Source of the DNA: Anaeramoeba ignava BMAN
Taxonomy: Eukaryota; Protista; Anaeramoebae
Direction: 5' to 3'
NCBI GenBank assembly: GCA_028826165.1
Contig: JAPDFW010000101.1
Coordinates: 167,450 to 231,449, forward strand
Length of the DNA stretch: 64,000 nt
The first letter of the stretch is position 1; every line of letters begins with the position of its first letter. The translations under genes and the position numbers were made by a program. Under the pieces are notes generated by a model that made no database searches, was not told the origin of the DNA, and was given only the letters and a program-made list of their open reading frames with translations. Of the stretch, positions 51,383 to 64,000 are shown piece by piece.

Positions 51383-53381
51383 TTAAAAATTAAAAGTATT
51401 TGAATCAGAATTTTCATCTTTAAATTTTTGTTTTAAAGAAATAACTTTAAATAATTGATTTTGATAATTAACAACATTTTCTTGTAAATATTTAAATTTT
51501 GAACGAAGTTGAAACATTGATTCTTCATGTTCATTTTTTGCTTCTCTCATTTCTTTTTCTTTTTTACTAATTAATAATTCAAGTTCTTTTTCTTTATCTG
51601 ATCTTTTTTCTTTTTGTAATTCAATTTGTTTTTTTTCATTTAAAACATCTTGAATACTTTTTTGTATTTGTTCCAATTTTGATTCTTTTTGATTTGAAAT
51701 GTTTTCAAGATTTTTTGAAGATAATTTAAGAGAATTATTAATTTCATTTTCTTTTTGAGTTAAATCTTGTACTTCTTGTTGTAAACTTTGGAATTGAGTT
51801 GATAATTTTTTATAATTTGTTTTGATTTTTTTCATTTTGTTTTGATTTGTTTGACAAATTTTTTGAGATTTAAGAAGTTTATGAATATTTTTCTGAGCTT
51901 TTGTTATTAAATGTTCTCTAGAAAATAATTCCATTGATTTCTTTTCAATTTCTTTTGATTCATTTCTTTCATTTTCAATTTTTTTGGTTAATTCTGTAAT
52001 TGCTGTTTGAACTTTTGTTGGTGATTGAACAATTTGTGATTTTAATTGTTCACATTCTTTTTGTAAATTATCTAATTCAAATTCAAGATTATTCTATTTA
52101 TTTTTATTTATAAAAAATTTTCAATTTAAAATGTCAAAGAAAATATTTAAATATTTTTATTTTACTTTTTCATTTTCATATTTTGTTATCATTTCTTCAA
52201 ATTGATTTGTTTTATTTTGTTGTTCTTTTTTAGAATTTTGAAGTTGATTTAATTCCTTTATTATTTCTTGAATTTCTTGTTGAATTTGATTTTGTTTTTC
52301 CAATTCATTTGATTTTTGGAATCTTTTTTATTTATTTAAAAAAAACAAATTATAATAAATAAATAATAAATAATAAATAAATTAAAATGAATTTACTCAA
52401 TTTCTTTTAAATTTTCTTCAAGGATTAATTTTTCTTCAAGAAGTTTTGCTTTTTGATCAAAAAAGTTTTCCTAAAATATTTCCATTTTCAAATCCATTTA
52501 ATTTAATTTAATTTAGTTTAATTTAATTTAATTTAATTTAATTTAATAATAAAATATTTCCAATTTAATTTAATAATAAAATATTTCCAATTCAATTTAA
52601 TTTAATTTAATTTAATTTAATAATAAAATATTTTCAATTTAATTTAATTTAATTTAATAATAAAATATTTTCCAATTCAATTTAATAATAAAATATTTTC
52701 AATTTAATTCAATAAATATTTTCAATTTAATTTAATAATAAAATATTTTCAATTTAATTTCAATTTAATTTAATTTCAATTTAATTTAATAATAAAAATA
52801 TTTTCAATTTAATTTAATTTAATTTAATTTAATTTAATTTAATAATAAAATATTTCCAATTTAATAATAATATATTTTCAATTTAATTTAATTTAATTTA
52901 ATTTCAATCTAATTTAATAATAAAATATTTTCAATTCAATTTAATTTAATTTAGATTGTTTTACCCAATATTCAGATAATTGTTGATAATGTTGTAATCT
53001 ATCTTCTCTAAATTTAACAAAATTTATTAAAGCACTTATATTTCTTTTAAGAGTATCTTTTGTTGGTTTTGAAATATCTTGTAAAGAAAAAGAATTAACA
53101 CCAGTTGAATACATTAATTTAATTAAAGAACGATTAAAAGTAAGTTCTCCAATAGAATTTTCATGAAGTTCAGCAAATTCAAAAGAATCAATTGCTGAAA
53201 ATTGAGGTTGTTTAAATTGATTTCTTGAAATTCCCATTAATAATTCAACAAATGTTTCATAAATAATTTTCACTTTTTGTGGTTTTGGATTATTTAATTC
53301 TTGTTCTGTTAAAGGAAGTTCAAGTTGATTTAAATAAAGAATAAGTTCTTTATCTTCAAGTAAAGGAAAAGAATAAGACAT
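51383..53381 (-). CDS. NUF2: Kinetochore protein Nuf2; exons 53381..52965, 52470..52397, 52322..52166, 52093..51383
   Basis: MSYSFPLL..., FSLQDISKP..RNISALINFVKFREDR, and IVQSP in the coiled coil. Intron phases are consistent. Confidence 0.92.
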
Positions 53382-53580
53382 TTTCTTATTAAATTATTAT
53401 TTAATTATTATTAAAAAAAAAGAGAAAATAAAGATAAAAATAAAATCAAAATTTTTAAATTAAAAAAAAAACGTTAAAAAAATATTTTTCTTTCTTTTTT
53501 ATTTTAAATTTAAATTTTAAAAAAAAGAAAAATTAACGATTATTTTTTTAATTTAAATTTTAAAAATTAAAAATTTTAAT

Positions 53581-53695
53581 TTTAATCAATCAATCCACAT
53601 TTAAATTCTTCTTGATTTTTTCTTTCTCTTGAATTTGCTAAAAAATGTGCAAAATGATATAAAATTTCATTTGCATTTTTTTTTTAAATAAAAAG
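53581..53695 (-). pseudogene. Decayed duplicate of the 3' end of the BABAM1 last exon
   Basis: Gapless match to 57701-57815 at an offset of 4120 bp, sharing TCTTTCTCTTGAATTTG.TAAAAAATGTGCAAAATGATATAAAATTTCA. Confidence 0.8.
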
Positions 53696-53809
53696 AAGAA
53701 AATAAATTGAAAATTTTTTATTTTCCAAATTTTTTTTTTTCATTTTTTTCTTTTTTTTTCTTTTTCTTTTCTTTTTCTTCTTTCATTCTTTTTTTCTTAT
53801 TTTATCAAA

Positions 53810-56800
53810 ATGAAAAAATTCTTCCGTCCAAAAAGTTATTATAAATAAAAAAATTCAATAAAAATAAAAACAAAAAAAAATTCCCAAATTTAAAAAAAAA
53901 AAACAAACAAAAAAGAAAAAAATAAAAAACAAATAAAATTAGAAATTAAATCACAATCAAGTCCTCCAACATTATCAAATACACCACAAAAAACAGAAAA
54001 AACAGAAAAAACACAAAAATCTCAAAATCAAGTTTTTGGAATTGATTTAGAAACAATAACTCAAGATCAAACAGATCATGTTCCTTATGTTGTTAAACAA
54101 ATTACAAAACTAATTGAAACTGAGTGTAAAAAGACATTTTAAAATTAAAATTAATTTATAAAATTAAAATTAAAATTAAAATTAAAATTAAAATTAAAAT
54201 TAAAATTAAAATCAAAAATCAAAATTAAAATCAAAAATTAAAATTAAAATTAAAATTAAAATTAAAATTAAAATTAAAATTAAAATTAAAATTAAAATCA
54301 AAATTAAAATTCAAATTAAAATCAAAATTAAAATTAAAATTAAAATTAAAATCAAAATTAAAATTAAAATTAAAATTAAAATTAAAATTAAAAATTAAAA
54401 TTAAAATTAAATTAAAATTAAAATTTAAAATTAAAATTAAAATTAAAATTAAAATTAAAATTAAAATTAAAATTAAAATTAAAATTCAAATTCAAAAATC
54501 AAAATCAAAAATCAAAATTAAAATTAATATTAAAATTAAAATTAAAATTAAAATTAAAATTAAAATTAAATTAAAAATTAAAATTAAAATTAAAATTAAA
54601 AATTAAAATTAAAATTTAAAAATTAAAATTAAAATTAAAATTAAAATTAAAATTAAAATTAAAATTAAAATTAAAATTAAAATTAAAATTAAAATCAAAA
54701 TCAAAATTAAAATTAAAATTAAAATTAAAATCAAAATTAAAATTAAAATTAAAATTAAAATTAAAATTAAAATTAAAATTAAAATTAAAAATTAAAATTC
54801 AAATTCAAAATTAAAAATTAAAATCAAAATTAAAATTAAAATTAAAATTAAAAATCAAAATATAAATATAAATCTAAATTAAATCTAAATCTAAATCAAA
54901 TTAAAATTAAAATTAAAATTAAAATTAAAATTAAAATTTAAATTTAAAATTCATTATAAATTAAAATTAAAATTAAAATTAAAATTAAAATTAAAATTAA
55001 AATTAAAATTAAAATTAAAATTTTTAAAATTAAAATTAAAAATCAAAATCAAAATTAAAAATTAAAATTTAAATTTAAATTAAAATTAAAATTAAATTTA
55101 AAATTAAAATTAAAATTTAAAATTAATATTAAAATTAAAATTAAAATTAAAATTAAAATTAAAATTAAAATTAAAATTAATATTAAAATTAAAATTAAAA
55201 TTAAAATCAAAATCAAAATCAAAATTAAAATCAAAATTAAAATTAATATTAATATTAAAAAGTTGTTGATTGTGAAGGAATTTTTCGAATTCCAGGAAGT
55301 AAAGTTCAAGAAAAAAAAGTAATAGAAGATGTGAATGAAAGTAGATAAGAAATGAAAGAAAAAAAAACTTCATTTTAAAAACACATTATTTTAATTAATT
55401 AATTAATTTTTAATTATTATTTAAGATGGAGAATTAGATATTTCAACTTGTGATGATCCTTATATTCTTGCTTCTTTATTGAAATATTTTTTTTATAAAC
55501 TACCTCAACCATTACTTACATTTGAACTTTTTGATGAATGGAATAAAGCGAGTAAATTATTTACTTACTTTCTTTCTTTTTAAAAATTAAAAATTAAAAT
55601 TAAAATTAAAATTAAAATTAAAATTAAAATTAAAATTAAAATTAAAATTAAAATTAAAATCAAAATTAAAATTAAAATTAAAATTAAAAATTAAAATTAA
55701 AATTAAAATTCAAATTAAAATCAAAATCAAATCAAAATTAATATCAAAATTAAAATTAAAAATCAAAATTAAAATTAAAATTAAAATTAAAATTAAAATT
55801 AAAATAAATCAAAATTAAAATCAAAATCAAAATCAAAATTAAAATTAAAATTAAAATTAAAATCAAAATTAAAATTAAAATTAAAATTAAAATTAAAATT
55901 AAAATTAAAATTAAAATTAAAATTAAAATTAAAATTAAAATTAAAATTAAAATTAAAATCAAAATTAAACAGGAACTGTTGAAGAAATATCAAATCTTGT
56001 AAATCAACTTCCATTAGTAAACAGATGTACTTTAAAGCATTTAATGAAATTTTGTGTAAGTGTTTCTGAACATTGCAAACTTAATAAAATGAATAGTGCA
56101 AATCTTGCAAGAGTTATTGGACCAAATTTATTTAGACATCCAATTAATCCAATGGCTTTTACTTCAACTATTGCAATTGATAATATGATAATTCATTATA
56201 AAGAAATTTTTGAAGATAATTTTAAAAAAGAAGAAGTTGTTCAATCAACTCATTCACAAGAAAGAAGATCAAGAAGAGCTGTAAATAATTTATTAAAATT
56301 TAAAATTAAAATTAATATTAAAATTAAAATTAAAATTAAAATTAATATTAAAATTTAAATTAAAATTAAAATTAAAATTAATTTATAAAATTAAAATTAA
56401 AATTAAAATTAAAATTAAAATTAAAATTAAAATTAAAATCAAAATTAAAATTAAAATCAAAATCAAAATCAAAATTAAAATTAAAATTAAAATTAAAATT
56501 AAAATTAAAATTAAAATTAAAATTAAAATTAAAATAAAAATTAAAATTAAAATTAAAATCAAAATTAAAATTAAAATCAAAATTAAAATAAAATAATATT
56601 AAAATTATTCACTTTAGATTCCTAAATTTTTTTGTACTGGAGTTGGTCAAGATCAATTTGAATTATTACAGAAAATGATTGAAGATTCAGAAAAAAGTAC
56701 ACCAGATCAAACACCTAAAACAGAAACAAAAGAAACAAAAGAATCCAAACAAGAAAATGAAAATATTTTAGAAACAAAACAAGAAAATGAAAATATTTTA

Positions 56801-57517
56801 GAATCAAAACAAGAAAATGATAATATTTTAGAATCCAAACAAGAAAATGATAATATTTTAGAATCCAAACAAGAAATTGAAAATGAAAATGAAAATCAAA
56901 TTGAAAATGATAATGATAATCAATTAACAGATCAAAATGTTGATTTTTCAGATTTTGAAGAAGATGAATTTTTCGATGCTTTTGTAAGCAATTCAGATTT
57001 ATTTTGTCAAGAAATCGTTGATACATCATTTCTTGATCTTGGTTTAAGAGTTGAAGTTTTATTGAAAAAATTTGAAAATCAAGAATTAAAAATTAAAGAT
57101 AGTAGTTTATTAATTCCAATACAAAAAGAAATCAAACAATATTTTAGTAATTATGTTCAAAAAAAGAAACAAGGAAATGATATTGAAGAATTAATTAAAA
57201 AAGATCATCTTTCACTTTCAGAATCAATTATTACTTTCCAATTCATTTCATCAATTATTATTAAAAATATTGAAGAATATGAAGTTCAAGAAAATTTTTG
57301 TGATTCAAGTGATTCTGATGAATGGTTTTCAGAAGATGAACAGAATAAGCCAATAAATAAAGAACCAGAACTTTTTATTCAAAAAGAAATTCAAATGTTT
57401 AATCGACTTAAATCAAATATTCAAAATTCATCTTCAATTAAAATTCAAAAACAATTTCGAGGTTTTTTAGTTAGAAAAGAAATCAAAAATATTAAAAAAG
57501 AATTTATTTTCATATAA
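53810..57517 (+). CDS. RhoGAP protein with acidic repeats and a C-terminal IQ motif; exons 53810..53834, 53943..54125, 55263..55340, 55426..55551, 55973..56280, 56618..57517
   Basis: VFGIDL..VPYVV, EGIFRIPG (Arg finger intact), ASLLKYFFYKLPQPLLT, NKMNSANLARVIGPNL, IQ motif IQKQFRGFLVRK. Confidence 0.88.
54140..55258. repeat. Intronic (AATTAA/AATCAA)n microsatellite; similar arrays at 55580-55968, 56290-56600, 18200-18935
   Basis: Directly visible. Confidence 0.9.
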
Positions 57518-57701
57518 AATTGGTTGATTAATTAATTGATTAATTGATTTACTTTTTTTCAAATTATGTAAAATTAAGTGAAATCAATTTTTTTCTTATT
57601 CAAAAAGAAAAAAAGAAAAATAAAAAATTTAATCCAAAATTAAAATTGATTTATTTAAAATAAAATCAAAAATAAAATTAAAAATTAAATCAAAAATAAA
57701 A

Positions 57702-60700
57702 TTAATCAGTTAAACGTGATTTAAAATCTTCTTGTTTTGGTCTTTCTCTTGAATTTGATAAAAAATGTGCAAAATGATATAAAATTTCACTTGTATCTTT
57801 ACTTTCAATAAAATAATAAGAAGGTGATGTTGTTTGTTTTAATATTTGTGTCCAAAAATCATTAATTGCTTGAATTTTCTTTTTATTTTTGTTTCTAAAA
57901 CGATCATCCAAAAGAAAAATAACATCAAAAGTAATAGCTTTATTATCAACAAATTCTGAAAAAGCCTAAAAATAATAAAAATCCATTTTTAATTTTAAAT
58001 TAATTTTATATCAATTTTATATTAATTTTAAATCAATTTTATATCAATTTTAAATCAATTTTATATTAATTTTATATTAATTTTAAATTAATTTTATATC
58101 AATTTTATATTAATTTTAAATCAATTTTATATTAATTTTATATTAATTTTATATTAATTTTATATTAATTTTAAATCAATTTTATATTAATTTTATATCA
58201 ATTTTATATCAATTTTATATTAATTTTAAATTAATTTTATATTAATTTTTATATCAATTTTATATTAATTTTATATTAATTTTATATTAATTTTATATTA
58301 ATTTTATATTAATTTTATATCAATTTTATATCAATTTTTATATTAATTTTAAATTAATTTTATATCAATTTTATATTAATTTTTAAATCAATTTTATATT
58401 AATTTTAAATTAATTTTTATATTAATTTTTATATTAATTTTATATTATTTTTATATTAATTTTATATTAATTTTAAATTAATTTTAAATCAATTTTATAT
58501 TAATTTTATATCAATTTTATATTAATTTTTAAATTAATTTTATATTAATTTTATATTAATTTTATATTAATTTTAAAATTAATTTTATATCAATTTATAT
58601 TAATTTTTATATTAATTTTATATTAATTTTATATATCAATTTTATATTAATTTTTATATTAATTTTATATCAATTTTATATCAATTTTTATATTAATTTT
58701 ATATTAATTTTTATATTAATTTTTATATTAATTTTAAATTAATTTTATATCAATTTTATATTAATTTTATATTAATTTTATATTAATTTTATTAATTTTA
58801 TATTAATTTTATATTAATTTTATATCAATTTTATATTAATTTTAAAATCAATTTTATATCAATTTTTAAATCAATTTTTAAATCAATTTTTATATTAATT
58901 TTAAATAATTTTATATCAATTTTATATTAATTTTATATTAATTTTATATCAATTTTATATCAATTTTATATCAATTTTATATCAATTTTATATCAATTTT
59001 ATATCAATTTTATATTAATTTTAAATTAATTTTTATATTAATTTTATATTAATTAAATTAATTTTATATTAATTTTATATTAATTTTTATATTAATTTTA
59101 TATTAATTTTTATATCAATTTTAAATTAATTTTTATATTAATTTTATATTAATTATATATTTATTTTATATTAATTTTTAAATCAATTTTATATTAATTT
59201 TATATTAATTTTTATATCAATTTTATATCAATTTTATATTAATTTTTATATCAATTTTATATTAATTTTTATATCAATTTTTATATTAATTTTTATATTA
59301 ATTTTATATTAATTTTATATTAATTTTATATCAATTTTATATCAATTTTAAATTAATTTTATATTAATTTTTATATTAATTTTATATTAATTTTAAATCA
59401 ATTTTAAATTAATTTTATATTAATTTTATATTAATTTTCATATTAATTTTATATTAATTTTTAAATTAATTTTTAAATTAATTTTATATTAATTTTATAT
59501 TAATTTTATATTAATTTTTATATTAATTTTAAATTAATTTTATATTATTTTATATCAATTTTATATTAATTTTATATTAATTTTTATATTAATTTTTATA
59601 TTAATTTTATATTAATTTTATATTAATTTTATATCAATTTTTATATCAATTTTTTAATTAATTTTTATATTAATTTTTATATTAATTTTATATTAATTTT
59701 AAATTAATTTTATATTAATTTTTATATTAATTTTAAATTAATTTTATATTAATTTTATATCAATTTTATATTAATTTTATATTAATTTTATATTAATTTT
59801 ATATCAATTTTATATTAATTTTAAATTAATTTTATATTAATTTTAAATTAATTTTTATATTAATTTTATATTAATTTTAAATTAATTTTATATTAATTTT
59901 ATATTAATTTTAAATTAATTTTATATTAATTTTATTATTAATTTTTATATTAATTTTTATATTAATTTTATATTAATTTTATATTTTAATTTTTTATATT
60001 AATTTTAAATTAATTTTATATTAATTTTATATTAATTTTTATATCAATTTTTATATTAATTTTAAAATCAATTTTATTTTTAATTTTTATAATTTTATAT
60101 TAATTTTATATTAATTTTATATTAATTTTATATCAATTTTATATATTAATCAATTTTTATATTTCAATTTTATATTAATTTTATATTAATTTTTATATTA
60201 ATTTTATATTAATTTTATATTAATTTTTATATTAATTTTATATCAATTTTATATCAATTTTATATTAATTTTATATTAATTTTATATTAATTTTATATTA
60301 ATTTTATATTAATTTTAAAATCAATTTTATATTAATTTTATATTAATTTTTATATTAATTTTATATTAATTTTATATTAATTTTTATATTAATTTTATAT
60401 TAATTTTATATTAATTTTAAATCAATTTTATATTAATTTTATATTAATTTTATATTAAATCAATTTTATATTAATTTTATATTATTTTTATATTAATTTT
60501 ATAAATTAATTTTTTTAAAATCAATTTTATATCAATTTTATATTAATTTTATATTAATTTTTTAATTTTAATTTAATTTTATATCAATTTTTATATCAAT
60601 TTTATATCAATTTTATATTAATTTTTATATTAATTTTTATTATTTTAAATTAATTTTTATATTTTATATTTTATATTAATTTTATATCAATTTTTATATT

Positions 60701-63450
60701 AATTTTATGTCAATTTTATTAATTTTAATTAATTTTATATCAATTTTATATTAATTTTATATTAATTTTATATTAATTTTATATTAATTTTTATATTAAT
60801 TTTTATATCAATTTTATATTATTTTTATTCCAATTTTATATTAATTTTTATATCAATTTTATAAATTAATTTTTATATTAATTTTATATTAATTTTTATA
60901 TTAATTTTATATTAATTTATAAATTAATTTTATATTAATTTTTTGATCAATTTTAAATTAATTTTTATATTAATTTTAAATTAATTTTATCAATTTTAAA
61001 TCAATTTTATATCAATTTTAAATCAATTTTATATCAATTTTAAATCAATTTTATCAATTTTATATCAATTTTATATTAATTTTATATCAATTTTAAATTA
61101 ATTTTATATCAATTTTAAAATTAATTTTATATCAATTTTAAATTAATTTTATATTAATTTTATATTATTAATTTTATATTAATTTTATATTAATTTTATA
61201 TCAATTTTATATCAATTTTATATTAATTTTATATTAATTTTATATTAATTTTATATCAATTTTAATATCAATTTTATATCAATTTTATATCAATTTTATA
61301 TTAATTTTATATTAATTTTTATATTAATTTTATATTAATTTTATATTCAATTTTATATTAATTTTATATTAATTTTATAATAATTTTATATCAATTTTAA
61401 ATTAATTTTTATATTAATTTTATATTAATTTTATATTAATTTTATATCAATTTTATATTAATTTTAAATTAATTTTATATCAATTTTTATATTAATTTTA
61501 TATTCAATTTTTATATTAATTTTTATATCAATTTTATATCAATTTTATATTAATCCCAATTTTATATTAATTTTTTATTAATTTTTAAATTAATTTTATG
61601 ATTAAAATTAATTTTATATTAATTTTAAAGTCAATTTATTAATTTTAAATTAATTTTTTATATTAATTTTATATTAATTTTTATATTAATTTTATATTAA
61701 TTTTATATTAATTTTACATATTAATTCAATTTTTTAATTTTATATTAATTTTAAATTAATTTTTATATCAATTTTTATATCAATTTTTATTAATTTTAAA
61801 TTAATTTTATATTAATTTTAAATTAATTTTATATCAATTTTAAAATTAATTTTTTTAAATTAATTTTATAATTTTAATTTTATTATTAATTTTTATATTA
61901 ATTTTAAATTAATTTTAAATTAATTTTAAATTAATTTTAAAATTAATTTTATATCAATTTTAAATCAATTTTACTTTAAATCAATTTTTATATCAATTTT
62001 ATATCAATTTTATATTAATTTTATATTAATTTTATTATTAATTTTTTTTAAATTTTATATCAATTTTTATATCCAGTTTTTATATTAAGTTTTTATATTA
62101 ATTTTATATTAATTTTAAATTAATTTTTATATTAATTTTTTAATTAATTTTAAATTAATTTTTATATTAATTTTATATCAATTTTAAATTATTTTATATA
62201 TTAATTTTATTAATTTTTATATTAATTTTAAATTAATTTTTTATGTTAATTTTATATTAATTTTATATCAATTTTTATATTTTATAATTTGATATTTATA
62301 TTCAATTTTATATTAATTTTTATTAATTTTAATTTTTTATATCAATTTTATATCAATTTTATATTAATTTTATATCAATTTTATATTAATTTTATATTAA
62401 TTTCCCATAATTTTTATATTAATTTTTTATTAATATTAATTTTTTAATTAATTTTATATTAATTTTTATATTAATTTTATATTAATTTTATATTAATTTT
62501 TATATTAATTTTAAAATCAATTTTAAATTAATTTTTAAATCAATTTTATATTTAATTTTATATTAATTTTATATTAATTTTATATTAATTTTTATATTAA
62601 TTTTTATATTATTTTATATTAATTTTAAATCAATTTTATATCAATTTTATATTAATTTTTATATTAATTTTATATTAATTTTATATTAATTTTTATATTT
62701 TTTTTATTAATTTTTTATATCAATTTAAAATTATTTTAATTTTATATTAATTTTAAATCAATTTTATATTAATTTTATATTAATTTTATATCAATTTTAA
62801 ATTAATTTTAAATCAATTTTTATTAATTTTATATTAATTTTTATATCAATTTTATATTAATTTTATATTAATTTTATATTAATTTTATATCAATTTTAAA
62901 TCAATTTTATGCTAATTTTATATTAATTTTTATATTAATTTTAAATCAATTTTTATATTAATTTCAAATTAATTTTATATTAATTTTTAAATCAATTTTA
63001 ATTCAAAATAAAAATACTTTTGAAAAGAATTTTGAAGAAAAAGAAACATGAGGTCTTCCATAAATTAAAATAACATGAACAAAAACTCTGGATCTGTAAA
63101 GAGTAGGAATAGGTAGATTCCTTAATAAGATCACAAATTGACATGATATCAAATTTTAAAATTTTCAGTAGGTTCTAATTGATCAAGAAAAAGAAACTAA
63201 TTCATTGGTATCAGTTGAAAAACCTTTAAGAATAACTGGTTTTTCAGAAATTATTGATAATGCATATTCATATTTTATCTGAAAGTCTTGATTTAGATTC
63301 TACATACATTTTTATCCATTTTTGCTGTTTGAAATAATGTTTGGAAAATTATCTCCTTCTATTTCTTCTCTTAATTCTTTGTTTAAATCAAGACAAATTA
63401 ATACTTTTTCTTTTTGTAAATGTTTTTATAATTTGTTTTTCGTTATCCAT
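57702..63450 (-). CDS. BABAM1: BRISC/BRCA1-A complex member 1 (MERIT40/NBA1, vWA-like); exons 63450..63018 (several homopolymer frameshifts), 57965..57702
   Basis: EKVLICLDL, IKMYVESKS....NEYAL, HVILIYGRPH, FDVIFL, LSNSRERPKQ match the MERIT40 pattern as recalled. GT-AG intron at 63017..57966. Confidence 0.75.
57985..63000. repeat. Intronic 12-13-bp satellite (TATATTAATTTT / TATATCAATTTT)n, ~5 kb
   Basis: Directly visible; fills the BABAM1 intron. Confidence 0.9.
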
Positions 63451-63639
63451 TTATTAAAAAGAAATAAAAATGAAAAATGAAAAATGAAAAATGAAAAATA
63501 AAAATTTTGTTGTTTTTGTTTTGTTTCAATTTTTATTTGAAATTTGAAATCCAAAATAAATTTGTTTTTCTTTTCTTTTTCTGCTGCTTTTTAAGGATAT
63601 CGAAAAAGAAAAAGAAGAATTAGGGAAAATGAAAAATTT

Positions 63640-63890
63640 CAAAAGAATCAATCATTTCTTCTTGGCTGGTTCTTCTGTATAACCTTATGGTTCCTCCTTC
63701 TTATTGGTTCCTTCTTAACTGGTTCTTGTCTTAACTTTATTTGGTTCTTTCCTTAACTGGTTTGCTTCTTTGGTATGCATTTTGTGTGTGTATAAACTTT
63801 TATTAAATTTGTGATGCTTTTAACTTTGATTAATTGCAATTTCGTGATTGGAGATTTTCAGCTCTTTATTTTGTTCTCATGTCTCTATAT
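63640..63890 (-). other. Probable garbled 3' coding end of a minus-strand gene (KEEPVKKEP-like repeats, ...EEPAKKK*)
   Basis: Raised G+C and GAACCAGTTAAGAAG-like repeats on the minus strand, but no continuous frame. Confidence 0.3.
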
Positions 63891-64000
63891 TGATAATATG
63901 CTTAAATATAAATACTTTATAAATATATTTTCATTTCAGGAAATTTTCCTAATTCTTCTCATAATTTATAATTTATTTTCAATTTAAAATTAATAAAATA

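Noticed and set aside
2879-56580. Poly-IL, KIKM, FDFD and FNIN ORFs in the ORF track
   Set aside because: They are alternative-frame or antisense translations of hexamer and 12-mer satellites.
57985-63000. Telomeric or subtelomeric array
   Set aside because: It is not G-rich and lies between two exons of one gene.
5544-63450. Frameshifts in about nine genes as programmed frameshifting or mass pseudogenisation
   Set aside because: The sites I could localise lie in A/T homopolymers or microsatellites, go in both directions and share no slippery motif. Long-read consensus error is the simpler explanation; re-polishing would settle it.
1-63450. Functional cluster of ubiquitin/DNA-damage genes (USP, ATXN3, BABAM1, BTB proteins, ATRIP-like)
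   Set aside because: They are interspersed with unrelated genes and belong to large families; there is no evidence beyond chance.
1-64000. tRNA, rRNA or snRNA genes
   Set aside because: No GC-rich structured non-coding segment was recognised by eye. Small RNAs cannot be excluded without a covariance-model search.

Overview
Extremely AT-rich eukaryotic nuclear DNA: GT-AG spliceosomal introns, standard genetic code, gene-dense. Poly-NQ/NE tracts, tandem RCC1-BTB genes and a BTB-TLDc gene resemble the anaerobic protist Anaeramoeba; this is inference and was not verified. About 18 protein-coding genes can be rebuilt by hand: USP9/24/34-type deubiquitinase, WD40 protein, ankyrin-FN3 protein, TRAPPC11, three RCC1-BTB paralogues, an SLC25 carrier, a CH-like/multi-PH-like protein, a 31-aa SMIM30-like microprotein, an acidic coiled-coil protein, an armadillo-repeat gene, BTB-TLDc, ataxin-3, a CH-RasGAP-PH protein, an ATRIP-like candidate, NUF2, RhoGAP-IQ and BABAM1/MERIT40. 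Main observations: (1) an ARM gene absent from the ORF track, built from tandemly duplicated one-repeat-per-exon symmetric cassettes with variable helix-3 residues; (2) a microprotein gene whose ATG is split by an intron; (3) introns inflated to 1-5 kb by intron-specific AG-poor satellites; (4) a shared TCATTTT initiator-like motif; (5) several small duplication scars. Many single-base frameshifts in homopolymers suggest an imperfectly polished assembly. All exon models were derived manually and need RNA-seq confirmation.
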